Origin: Dethiobacteria bacterium
GTDB taxonomy: Bacteria; Bacillota; Dethiobacteria; DTU022; UBA8154
Assembly (NCBI GenBank): GCA_050942615.1
Contig: JBMNNQ010000003.1
Coordinates: 1 to 58,489, forward strand
Direction of reading: 5' to 3'
DNA length: 58,489 bases
Part shown: positions 1 to 8,423 of the stretch, in pieces
Layout of the letters: every line of letters starts with the position of its first letter
Numbering within the stretch: the first letter of the stretch is position 1
Made by a program: the position numbers and the translations under genes
The notes under the pieces: generated by a model
What the model saw: only the letters and a program-made list of their open reading frames with translations
What the model was told of the DNA's origin: nothing
Database searches by the model: none

Positions 1-99
1 AATCCCATAATATAACAACCAATTTTACCCAAACTGGCCTGGCCCTACAGGACCCTCAAAAATAATACTGCTGCGGAACAGGCCTGCAAAAAGAAACCA

Positions 100-137
100 T
101 AAATAATAAAGCCCCGGCAACATCAATGTTGCCGGGG
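100..137. terminator. Rho-independent terminator hairpin downstream of tRNA-Val, possibly bidirectional
   Basis: Perfect 10-bp stem ccccggcaac (112-121) / gttgccgggg (128-137) with a 6-nt loop. The minus strand continues with TTTATTATTTAT and the plus strand with TTTAT. Confidence 0.6.
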
Positions 138-145
138 TTTATGTC

Positions 146-220
146 TGGTGGGGCTGCAGGGATTTGAACCCTGGGCCTCTTGAATGTGAGTCAAGCGCTC
201 TCCCCCTGAGCTACAGCCCC
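146..220 (-). tRNA. tRNA-Val (anticodon CAC)
   Basis: The reverse complement folds by hand into a cloverleaf: acceptor GGGGCTG/CAGCCCC, D arm GCTC-AGGGGGA-GAGC, anticodon arm CTTGA-CTCACAT-TCAAG, T arm CAGGG-TTCAAAT-CCCTG. Discriminator A and an encoded CCA follow. The anticodon CAC lies at 186-188. Confidence 0.9.
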
Positions 221-253
221 CCGGTACACTAAAATAGAGTCCTTCGCTTATTA

Positions 254-282
254 ATTATAAAACTGTTAACCGGGGATGTCAA
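254..282 (-). promoter_or_regulatory. Consensus sigma-A type promoter for tRNA-Val
   Basis: The minus strand reads TTGACA (282-277), a 17-nt spacer, then TATAAT (259-254). This lies about 30 nt upstream of the tRNA 5' end. Confidence 0.6.
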
Positions 283-603
283 GCAGAATTAGCGGCATTT
301 GCGGGAACAGGCCGGCGACAGCCCCGGGAATTTATTGCTGCCAAAAGCCGCTCTCCTTCTTGGCAGGTACCAACAAATTAGTACCATTTTACCGTTTCCG
401 GGAGTAAAATGCGGTATCACCTATAAAATAAATGTTATTCGACATAAATATACAACTTTACCGAAGGGATTTCCAAATTATTTGTATAACTTATATTTAT
501 CCCAGGTTTTGCAGTATCTTTTTCTCCGCAGCAACACTGTTCCGGTAAGAATTTAAGGTTTATCTAAATATCGAACATGCACAATATTCAGGGGGTATAA
601 ATA

Positions 604-3039
604 ATGGATCGGCACAGAAAACCAACTGCAGAACCAACTGCAAACATGATGAATGAAGGCTGCCCGTTTACTTTTTTCTACCACGTATTTTATAACAGCA
701 TCATTCCCATGGCAGTTTGGAAGGAAACCGGTGAAATTACTGCTGCCAATAAAATATTTCTAGAACTTGTTGGGTATACACGCGCGGAATTGGAAGATAA
801 GGCCTTCAACCTGATTTCCTTAACTCCCCCGATATATGCCGAACGTGATCTGCAGGCCCTGAACGAAATTAGCGAACAAGGTTTCTGCCGGCCCTATGAA
901 AAGGCTTTCTGCCATAAAAAAGGGCATCAGGTTCCCATTTTAATTTATGGAGGATACCTTAACAGCAGGGAGGACCGCATTTTATTTGTCACTGATTTAA
1001 CCACATGCCGCCAGGGGGAAGAAATGCTGCGTGAAAGCGAAAAAAAATACCGGGGTATTGTGGAGGCTGCCCAGGAGGGCATCGTTTTATTTGATCGGGA
1101 ATTTCGCATCCTGTTTGCAAATGAAATGTTGGGCCGCATGCTGGGGGCCGATGTAAAAGAATTGCTGGGCCAAAGTTTACTGGTGTTTATAGACCGGGAA
1201 AGTCAAGCTGCTGCCCAAAAAAACCTGAAAAAACGCTGTGCAGGCATCGCTGAAACAGTTGAATACCGGTTTGTAGACAAAAATGGTTCTAAGTTTTGGG
1301 CCAACGCCAATGCCAGCCCGGTTTTGGATGACAAAGGGAAGTTCATCTGTGTAATGTTTACGATCTCAGACATCACTGCCCACAAACAGGCTGAAATAAA
1401 ATTGAAAAAGTCACATGCCAAACTGGAACAAGAGGTAAAAAAACGTACTGCAGAGCTCTCCCAGGCTAATAAAATTTTACAGCAGGAGATTGCTGAACGC
1501 CTGCAAGCCCAAAAATCTTTGGCAGAAAGTGAGACATTTTACCGTACCCTGGTGGAAAACGCCAATGAAGCCATCATTGTAATTAAGGGCCGGTTCATAA
1601 GGTTTGCAAATCCAATGGCCGAAAAAGTGTTGTCCTGTTCACTGGAAAAATTGAAGACCCTCCCTTTCAGGGAATTTGTGCATCCCGATGACCGGCATCT
1701 TATTTCAGAACGTATTGAAAAGAGATTGCATAAAGGCAAACTGGAAAATCCTTTTAATTACAGATTAATAGACTATGACGGCCACGTAAAACATATCCAG
1801 GAAAATTCGGTGAATATAAAATGGGAAGGCAGCGATGCCATCCTTGCCTTATTGACTGATATTACCATCCTAAAAAAAATGGAAAATGAGATCTGCAAAG
1901 CTGATAAGCTGGATGCTGTCGGCATCCTGGCGGGCGGTATTGCCCATGATTTTAACAACTACCTGGCGATAATATTGGCCAACGTTAACCTGGCAAAACT
2001 GTACTGTACAGATAACAATATTTCGAAAACACTGGTAAAACTGGAAAACTTGGAAAAGGCAACGCTGCGCGCCAAAAACCTTTCCGGCCAGCTCTTCACC
2101 TTTGCCCGCGGCGGTTCACCAGTCAAAGAAAAGGTTTTTCCCGGGCCCTTGCTTGCAGACAACATTCAATTGGCCTTAAGCGGTTCCCCGGTCCATCCCG
2201 ACATTCAGCTGGACAAAAACCTCTTTCAGGTGGAGGTGGATACCGGCCAGTTCAGCCAGGTTTTGCAAAATATAATTATCAATGCTGTACAAGCCATGCC
2301 GGAGGGGGGAAACCTGCAGGTACAGGCTAAAAATGTGAAGCTTTCTGCTACCGGGGAGAAATCTTCTATGCCCTTGCCACCAGGCCCGTATGTCAAAATA
2401 ACAATTACGGATGAGGGCATCGGCATCCCGGAAAAATACCTGCAGAAAATTTTTGATCCTTTCTTCACTACCAAAAACAAAGGGCGGGGCCTGGGCCTGG
2501 CCACTTCTTATTCCATTATTAAAAAACACAGCGGCCATATCGATGTGGAATCTGCCATGGGGGCGGGAACTGTTTTTGCCATTCACCTGCCGGCTGTTGA
2601 GGAAATAGCAGCTCCACAACCTGCAGACATAGATCTGTTACCGGGAACGGGTAAAATTTTAGTGATGGACGATGAGGAAGATCTGCTGCAAGTATTGGAG
2701 GATTCCCTGTCCACTTTGGGCTATGATGTTACCTTGTCCCGGGACGGCAGGCAGGCAATCAAGCTTTATGCCCGTGCCCTGGAACAAAACCAACCTTTTG
2801 ACCTTGTAATCTTGGACTTGACCATCCCCGGGGGGCTGGGCGGTAAGCAAACCATTAAAAAACTGCGGGCACTGGATCCCGCAGTAAAAGCTGTTGTCGT
2901 GAGCGGTTATTCAGATGATCCGGTCCTGGCCCGCTACCATGATTTTGGCTTTAAGGGCATGGTTGAAAAGCCCTTCACCATAGCAGAATTGTCCCAGATC
3001 GTGGGGAAAGCAATTGGACAACCATTGGAAAAAGGTTGA
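604..3039 (+). CDS. Hybrid sensor histidine kinase (multiple PAS, HisKA, HATPase_c, C-terminal receiver)
   Basis: 811-aa ORF. H-box GGIAHDFNNYLAII. ATPase G-boxes DEGIGIP and GRGLGLATSYSIIKKHSGHIDVES. PAS-like repeats (IVLFDREFRILFANE, AIIVIKGRFIRFANP). Receiver KILVMDDEEDLL...DLVILDLTIPGG...VVVSGYSD. Confidence 0.9.
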   Translation: MDRHRKPTAEPTANMMNEGCPFTFFYHVFYNSIIPMAVWKETGEITAANKIFLELVGYTRAELEDKAFNLISLTPPIYAERDLQALNEISEQGFCRPYEKAFCHKKGHQVPILIYGGYLNSREDRILFVTDLTTCRQGEEMLRESEKKYRGIVEAAQEGIVLFDREFRILFANEMLGRMLGADVKELLGQSLLVFIDRESQAAAQKNLKKRCAGIAETVEYRFVDKNGSKFWANANASPVLDDKGKFICVMFTISDITAHKQAEIKLKKSHAKLEQEVKKRTAELSQANKILQQEIAERLQAQKSLAESETFYRTLVENANEAIIVIKGRFIRFANPMAEKVLSCSLEKLKTLPFREFVHPDDRHLISERIEKRLHKGKLENPFNYRLIDYDGHVKHIQENSVNIKWEGSDAILALLTDITILKKMENEICKADKLDAVGILAGGIAHDFNNYLAIILANVNLAKLYCTDNNISKTLVKLENLEKATLRAKNLSGQLFTFARGGSPVKEKVFPGPLLADNIQLALSGSPVHPDIQLDKNLFQVEVDTGQFSQVLQNIIINAVQAMPEGGNLQVQAKNVKLSATGEKSSMPLPPGPYVKITITDEGIGIPEKYLQKIFDPFFTTKNKGRGLGLATSYSIIKKHSGHIDVESAMGAGTVFAIHLPAVEEIAAPQPADIDLLPGTGKILVMDDEEDLLQVLEDSLSTLGYDVTLSRDGRQAIKLYARALEQNQPFDLVILDLTIPGGLGGKQTIKKLRALDPAVKAVVVSGYSDDPVLARYHDFGFKGMVEKPFTIAELSQIVGKAIGQPLEKG

Positions 3040-3123
3040 AATTATAAACATGGACTATACCACTTTAATGTTGAGGGAATAAAACAATGAGGTGAACCTT
3101 ATATTCTATTGCTTGAATATATT

Positions 3124-5013
3124 TTAGTTTGCTACCCTTAGCCCTGCAATGTTTTCCCTGCAAAAAACATCTACTACTTCCGGGTCAAATTGTTTGCCCG
3201 CATTTTTTATAATGATTTTCAGTGCTTCCTCCCGGCTGATTGCCTGCCGGTAAATTCGATCATTGGTCATGGCATCAAAGGCGTCTGCAACTGCTAGAAT
3301 TCGTGCCAACAGGGGAATTTCTTTCTTCTGCAAACCCTGGGGGTAACCTTTGCCGTCCCAGCGTTCATGGTGGGAAAGGATATCCTCGGCAATAGGGTAC
3401 AGCTCCGGTACCCCGCGCGCGAACCGGTAGCCTATTTCAGGATGTTTTTCCATTTGTCCCCATTCATCCCCGGTTAAAGGTCCTGGTTTTAGCAAAACCC
3501 CTTCTTCAATAGCTACCTTGCCGATGTCATGCAGAACAGCCAACTGTTCCAACCTGTCCAACTGTTGGTGGCCCAAGCCCATACTTTCACCAATTTTTCT
3601 GCACATCTTGATCAAGCGCATGGCATGTTCTTCTGTCTCTGTACTTTTTTCGAAAAGGACTGTGCGCAAGGAAGAAGTAATTTCCTTTTTATATTCAGGG
3701 ATCTGCCGGATTTTATCCCTGTACATCTTGTCGCTGGCTTCCTTTAAAACCTGCCAGATATTTTCGTTAGCACTGTTTTTAGTGGCGCAACCCAGGGCAA
3801 TGCTTAACTGTACAGGTCCGATCTTCTGAAAACCGGACTTTTCCCTAATAAGCAAACCGATCTTAGCAGCAGTTTCCATTCCGGTCTGCAACAGAACGAC
3901 CACAAATTCATCGCCGCCCCAGCGGGCAACCAAATCCTCTTTGCGGCAGGATTCCTTGATAATTTCAGCAATTTTAATAAGCATCTGATCACCCTTATGA
4001 TGCCCAAAAACATCGTTGATCAGTTTTAGCCCGTTGAGGTCACCTGTAATGATAGAAATTGGCAAATTGCCAGGCACATCCAACTGCCCAATCTCTCTTT
4101 CCAAAAACCCACGGTTGTAAAGGCCGGTAAGCTGATCATGATTGCTCATTATTTTTAACTGTTCTTCATAACGTTTGCGCTCTGTGATATTTCTGGCAAC
4201 ACCCACCACGCCAATACAACTGTTTTTTGCATCGTAAAGGGGGGCCTTAATTGTTTCAAAAGGAACCAGGTGACCATCAGGGTTTGTCAGCCAATTTTCA
4301 TACCGTTCTTCACAGCCTGACTGCATTACCCGAAAATCTATTTCCCTAAACTTGCCTGCCTGCTGGTAATGAATATCCCAGTCCGTATGTTCACCGACTT
4401 TATCCGGTGAAATTAATAAATATTCATTGGCAGCCTTATTTGCCGCTTGGTAGACACCATATTTATCCTTATAGAAAATAAGATCGGGAATAGTATCTAT
4501 AATTACCTGCAACAGATGACGTTTTTTTTCCAGTTCAGCCTCTATGGCCTGTTGTTTTAAGGCTGTTTCAAGCTCATAAAAACAGTTTTGCGCCAGTATT
4601 TCTGTTACGGGTAAAAGTTCTTCCAAGTAATTCCTTTCAATCGGGGCATCCTTACCTAGAAGAAGCAGGCCAAAATTTTTTAAGGTGAACCCGTAGTTAT
4701 GCAGCCCTTTTCCTTTTTGCACCATAAAGATCTTTTTATCCCCGGCCTTCTGCATTTTCTTTTCAAATAAGCTAATCAACTTATCGAAGGCAGGATCTTT
4801 AGCAGCTACCCGGGGGATAACACAAGCAGTTTCCAAACAATTATTTCTAGATTGTAAAATACTAACAAACGCGCAGTCCAGTTTTCTCAGAAATACAGTT
4901 GCAGCTTTTTTAATTAACCCGTCTAACCCTTGTTCGCCACTGATGGCTAAAGTTATTTCATACAATATATGGTTCCAGATAACAAGATCCATTTCAGTCC
5001 TCCAATAATCCAA
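3124..5013 (-). CDS. PAS-GGDEF-HD-GYP protein (diguanylate cyclase fused to a c-di-GMP phosphodiesterase domain)
   Basis: 629-aa ORF. Intact GGDEF site (RWGGDEFVVVLL) preceded by DQLTGLYNRGF. HD-GYP motifs LHDIGK and HHERWDGKGYPQGL. PAS-like segment IIDTIPDLIFYKDKYGVY. Confidence 0.9.
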   Translation of the reverse strand: MDYWRTEMDLVIWNHILYEITLAISGEQGLDGLIKKAATVFLRKLDCAFVSILQSRNNCLETACVIPRVAAKDPAFDKLISLFEKKMQKAGDKKIFMVQKGKGLHNYGFTLKNFGLLLLGKDAPIERNYLEELLPVTEILAQNCFYELETALKQQAIEAELEKKRHLLQVIIDTIPDLIFYKDKYGVYQAANKAANEYLLISPDKVGEHTDWDIHYQQAGKFREIDFRVMQSGCEERYENWLTNPDGHLVPFETIKAPLYDAKNSCIGVVGVARNITERKRYEEQLKIMSNHDQLTGLYNRGFLEREIGQLDVPGNLPISIITGDLNGLKLINDVFGHHKGDQMLIKIAEIIKESCRKEDLVARWGGDEFVVVLLQTGMETAAKIGLLIREKSGFQKIGPVQLSIALGCATKNSANENIWQVLKEASDKMYRDKIRQIPEYKKEITSSLRTVLFEKSTETEEHAMRLIKMCRKIGESMGLGHQQLDRLEQLAVLHDIGKVAIEEGVLLKPGPLTGDEWGQMEKHPEIGYRFARGVPELYPIAEDILSHHERWDGKGYPQGLQKKEIPLLARILAVADAFDAMTNDRIYRQAISREEALKIIIKNAGKQFDPEVVDVFCRENIAGLRVAN

Positions 5014-6121
5014 TCACGGCAGTATAGTTATAAAACTCCAGGTAGTTTCGCCCTGAATTGGCTATTTCCCCCAAGGTAAGCGCCCCTATAAGCGGATAGC
5101 CCCTGGACACCACCATCAACTCCTGAACAAAATCAGACTGAAGAAACAAAGCCCTAGAAATACAGTCCATAAAAATGGTGGTAAAGGGTGCTTCCTCTTT
5201 GCTGCCGGTTTCCTGCCGGTAAGATATTGCAGCCAGCTGGCGGGCCTTTGCCGCCCCGGCAATTAAAGATTGTCGATCACCTTTAAGTACATAGACAAAA
5301 GAGTTCAAAGGTACGCCGCCCACACAAACAAGCCGGTCACCTTCCAAAGCAATAGGATCCCGCACTACCATTTCTTTGGCCATTTTTATGATCCCGAAGG
5401 GAAAACCCTTGGCCAACTGTGAAAAACCGACATCCAAAAAAAGCTTGCCCGAAACCTCCTCTACTATCTCCCGGTATACTTCGAAGGCCGGGCGCCAATT
5501 CAAGGAAATTATCGTATCGTCATCTGTCGCGGTAACCTTTAGCGGACCAGCCACCGGTTCCCAGCCATGAGCAACCCCTATACCGCTTTTTATGTCAGCC
5601 AAGGCAATAACAGCTGCATCCTTTAACAGCCCTTTATTACTGAACACACAGGGTTCTTTGTCCGTAAATGAACCGGCGCCCCCGCCAATATAGTTGGGGA
5701 AAAGCCCGAAACAATTAAAAATACTTTCAACCAGGGTTGAAATATGGCTGCTGCGCCCGTCAATAAAAACAAACATTGTTTTATCCTGCAGGGCTTGCCA
5801 CACAAACATATCTTCAAGGATAGCTTCCAGCTTATTTTTACTGTCGATATTTTTAATTGCTGCTGCACTAACAGTTTGACGGAGACCGGCAACAATGGTT
5901 CCCTTTTGTAATTTTTTTTGACCAAATAAAATCTGGGGGAAAATGCCCCCAAAAACCGGTTTTTTGCATTGTTTTAAAAACCTGTCAACCTTCCCGGGGG
6001 TAAAAGCGTTGGCCTTACAAGCCAAAACAAGTGTTCCTGCTATATTTTTATCAGCTGCCGTTTGTTTTAACAGGTTGTGCAGCCCTTCAATAGTACCCTC
6101 CCTGTCCAGACCCAAATACAT
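4994..6121 (-). CDS. FIST-type sensory domain protein (FIST_N/FIST_C-like)
   Basis: 375-aa ORF whose 3' end overlaps the GGDEF gene start by 20 nt. It has no TM segment or catalytic motifs. The C-terminal pattern IGALTLGEIANSG...EFYNYTAV resembles the FIST_C ending. The family call is from memory of the fold signature only. Confidence 0.5.
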   Translation of the reverse strand: MYLGLDREGTIEGLHNLLKQTAADKNIAGTLVLACKANAFTPGKVDRFLKQCKKPVFGGIFPQILFGQKKLQKGTIVAGLRQTVSAAAIKNIDSKNKLEAILEDMFVWQALQDKTMFVFIDGRSSHISTLVESIFNCFGLFPNYIGGGAGSFTDKEPCVFSNKGLLKDAAVIALADIKSGIGVAHGWEPVAGPLKVTATDDDTIISLNWRPAFEVYREIVEEVSGKLFLDVGFSQLAKGFPFGIIKMAKEMVVRDPIALEGDRLVCVGGVPLNSFVYVLKGDRQSLIAGAAKARQLAAISYRQETGSKEEAPFTTIFMDCISRALFLQSDFVQELMVVSRGYPLIGALTLGEIANSGRNYLEFYNYTAVIGLLED

Positions 6122-6277
6122 GCAAATTACCCCCTGTACAAAATGTCCCCGGCATCAGTTGACAATATGGTCGGGCCTTATTCATAATTAATCATTGCAT
6201 CGCATCTGGATAGGAAGAAAAGGGTAACCGCGGGTCCTGATAAACCGGGATTTCAGTGCTGCCCGCTGCCAGGCCAT

Positions 6278-6303
6278 ATAGTTACTTCATATAATTACTT
6301 CAT
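6278..6303. repeat. Tandem 13-nt direct repeat upstream of the FIST/GGDEF operon
   Basis: atagttacttcat (6278-6290) is followed immediately by ataattacttcat (6291-6303), 12 of 13 identical. It lies about 160-180 nt upstream of the FIST start at 6121. Confidence 0.6.
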
Positions 6304-6420
6304 ACTATATTAGCCAGATAGGTAGTAATTACCTGCATATTTATCAAACATATCACAAAAAAATATATTATTTTACAAATAAACCTTTTTTTTAGAAACC
6401 CCTTACCTCTATAGTTAAAA

Positions 6421-6473
6421 TCCTTTATCACGGGGGCCTATGACAGTGCTTGTCATAGGCCCCCGTGATAAAG
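6421..6473 (-). terminator. Very long perfect hairpin downstream of the SLH-protein gene (terminator-like)
   Basis: 24-bp perfect inverted repeat cctttatcacgggggcctatgaca (6421-6444) / tgtcataggcccccgtgataaagg (6450-6473) with a 5-nt loop. The minus strand continues with ATTTTAAC. Confidence 0.6.
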
Positions 6474-6549
6474 GAAAAGTTGTTGTTTAACCGGTTATAT
6501 ACCGAAGAATACATGTCTTGATCTGTTGTCAATTTTTGGTAATGGCAGT

Positions 6550-8259
6550 TTAATCCCCTGCAACAAATCTGAATTTATAGGTATCTGTAAAGATCCTGCC
6601 ATTAACTAAACCGGATACCTTTGCTGAAAAGTCGTTGCGATCAAGGTCGCCAAGGGAGTGGTTGCCAGATTTTGACAAGGCCGCAAGGGCATCCCCTAGC
6701 ACCCAGTCCTTTATTTGCGCATCTGTTTTCCTTTTTCCGTCTTCATCATAAAACTTTCTTTCTGTTCCACCAATAGTATAGCCTCTAATTTCCGGCAGTT
6801 CTGCCAGGATCCCCATAGCCCCTGTACCGGAAAGACTGCCAATCAGAGCATATTTATCAATAATGGTGATAACAGTTTCTTTTGTTTCTTTGTCAAATTC
6901 AAAGGCAGCAATGCTCGGCATGCTAAAAACACTCACCTTAGTTGCAACTTTATTTGCCAAAGCAGCTTTAGCTTCTTCGGGTGAAGGAATACTGATGCCG
7001 CCACCACCGCCGGAGGGAGGAGGTGCCGGTGGGTTCTTGATATCTGATTCATTTTTCTTGTCACCGGATGTTTTTTCAACTGTGCCTTTGGCGTTATTCA
7101 AAGTTGTAACCGAATCAAGCACAACTTCCTTTACCTTAGTATCCTTTTCAAGGTTTACCTTCGTGCCTGTCAGATTTTTCTCTACAGTAATTTTATTGAT
7201 AGCGGTCTTGCCCTGGGTGGACAGGACTACATTGTCGGCTTTGATGACAACGTTTGCAAATGTTCCTTCCAGGATGATTTCTTCACCGGCTGCTTTTTCT
7301 GAAATCACGATTTCCACCCCGGCGGCATCCCGGACCACTACACGGACATTTCCTGAGGGGGTGCTTTCAATGACAACGTTGTTATACTGCCCGCCGTTGA
7401 TATGGATACTGTCTTTACCGCCACCGCGGATAAAGGTTGTCCCCCGGACTGTGACATTGTTCAAGGTTACATCACCGTCGCCAACCCTTTCTGAAATAAT
7501 CAGATCCCCCGCAATAACAGTATTTTGCAGTATGACCCCGGCGGCGTTAATTATAACATCACCTGCAACGGTTTCTGTACCGGTTTTAGGGCCGTATGTA
7601 CCGGCATGATCATATACTGCAAAAAGTTCATCTTCTGATAATTTTCTGCCCCTATCCAGTACCACTGCCGCTTCGGCGCGGGTGGCGTTGGCTTTGGGCC
7701 TGAAAGTACCATCGGGATAACCGGCAATCAGTTTTGCGGCAGCAGCTTTTTCAACCGCTTCCTGGGCCCAGGATGCAACATCGTCACTATCGGTAAATGC
7801 CTGGGCCGTAAACATCGGTTCTGCATCTGCAGCGTTGACGATCATCACCGCAATTTGTTCACGGGTAACAGGATCGTCGGGGCCAAAGGAACTCTCGCTG
7901 TAACCGCTAACCAGCCGATGGTAGTTTGCTGTTGCAATTGCCTCCTTGGCCCAGTGTTCTGCAGTATCATCAAACACTGTTCCAGCACCTGGCTCCAGGG
8001 CAAAAGCCTTGACCAGCAAGGTTGCAAATTCGGCCCTGGTTATGTTGTTGTTCGGCTTAAAGGTGCCATCGGGATAACCGCTGATCATTTCTTCGTCCAC
8101 CATGGCCTGCAAGGTGTTTTGCGCCCAGTGCCCTTCAATGTCCGGCAATGCAGCATTTGCAGCGGCTGCAGGCACGGAGCCGAAAAACATGGCCAAAGCG
8201 AAGGCGGCCAACACGAAAATACTTAGCGCTTTCTTCTTTTGCAATAATGTAACTGCCAA
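6550..8259 (-). CDS. S-layer homology (SLH) domain surface protein
   Basis: 569-aa ORF with a TTG start behind AAGGAGGAG. Signal peptide ALSIFVLAAFALAMFFGSVPAAA. Three SLH repeats (ISGYPDGTFKPNNNITRAEFATLLVKA, VSGYSESSFGPDDPVTREQIAVMIV, IAGYPDGTFRPKANATRAEAAVVL), followed by a beta-rich region. Confidence 0.85.
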   Translation of the reverse strand: MAVTLLQKKKALSIFVLAAFALAMFFGSVPAAAANAALPDIEGHWAQNTLQAMVDEEMISGYPDGTFKPNNNITRAEFATLLVKAFALEPGAGTVFDDTAEHWAKEAIATANYHRLVSGYSESSFGPDDPVTREQIAVMIVNAADAEPMFTAQAFTDSDDVASWAQEAVEKAAAAKLIAGYPDGTFRPKANATRAEAAVVLDRGRKLSEDELFAVYDHAGTYGPKTGTETVAGDVIINAAGVILQNTVIAGDLIISERVGDGDVTLNNVTVRGTTFIRGGGKDSIHINGGQYNNVVIESTPSGNVRVVVRDAAGVEIVISEKAAGEEIILEGTFANVVIKADNVVLSTQGKTAINKITVEKNLTGTKVNLEKDTKVKEVVLDSVTTLNNAKGTVEKTSGDKKNESDIKNPPAPPPSGGGGGISIPSPEEAKAALANKVATKVSVFSMPSIAAFEFDKETKETVITIIDKYALIGSLSGTGAMGILAELPEIRGYTIGGTERKFYDEDGKRKTDAQIKDWVLGDALAALSKSGNHSLGDLDRNDFSAKVSGLVNGRIFTDTYKFRFVAGD

Positions 8260-8423
8260 AAAATTCTCCTCCTTAGAGATTAAGATGCCTTATAAATTGG
8301 CTACAACGGTGTTTATTTCCTTCTGGATTTAACAATTATGCTTTATTTTTTTTAAGACCCCCTTTGATACATAAGTATTGTGTTTTTGCTGCTGGTTAAT
8401 TTTTTTCCGGTTGTTTTAAGGGG

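Noticed and set aside
299-556. 85-aa plus-strand ORF between tRNA-Val and the histidine kinase
   Set aside because: It has no SD and an AT-rich, low-information sequence. It begins inside the tRNA promoter region and shows no family features, so it is most likely non-coding.
6863-7609. 248-aa ORF antisense to the SLH-protein gene
   Set aside because: It is a shadow frame of a repetitive, compositionally biased gene. Its translation is low-complexity (S/T/P/F-rich) with no motifs, whereas the sense frame has clear SLH domains.
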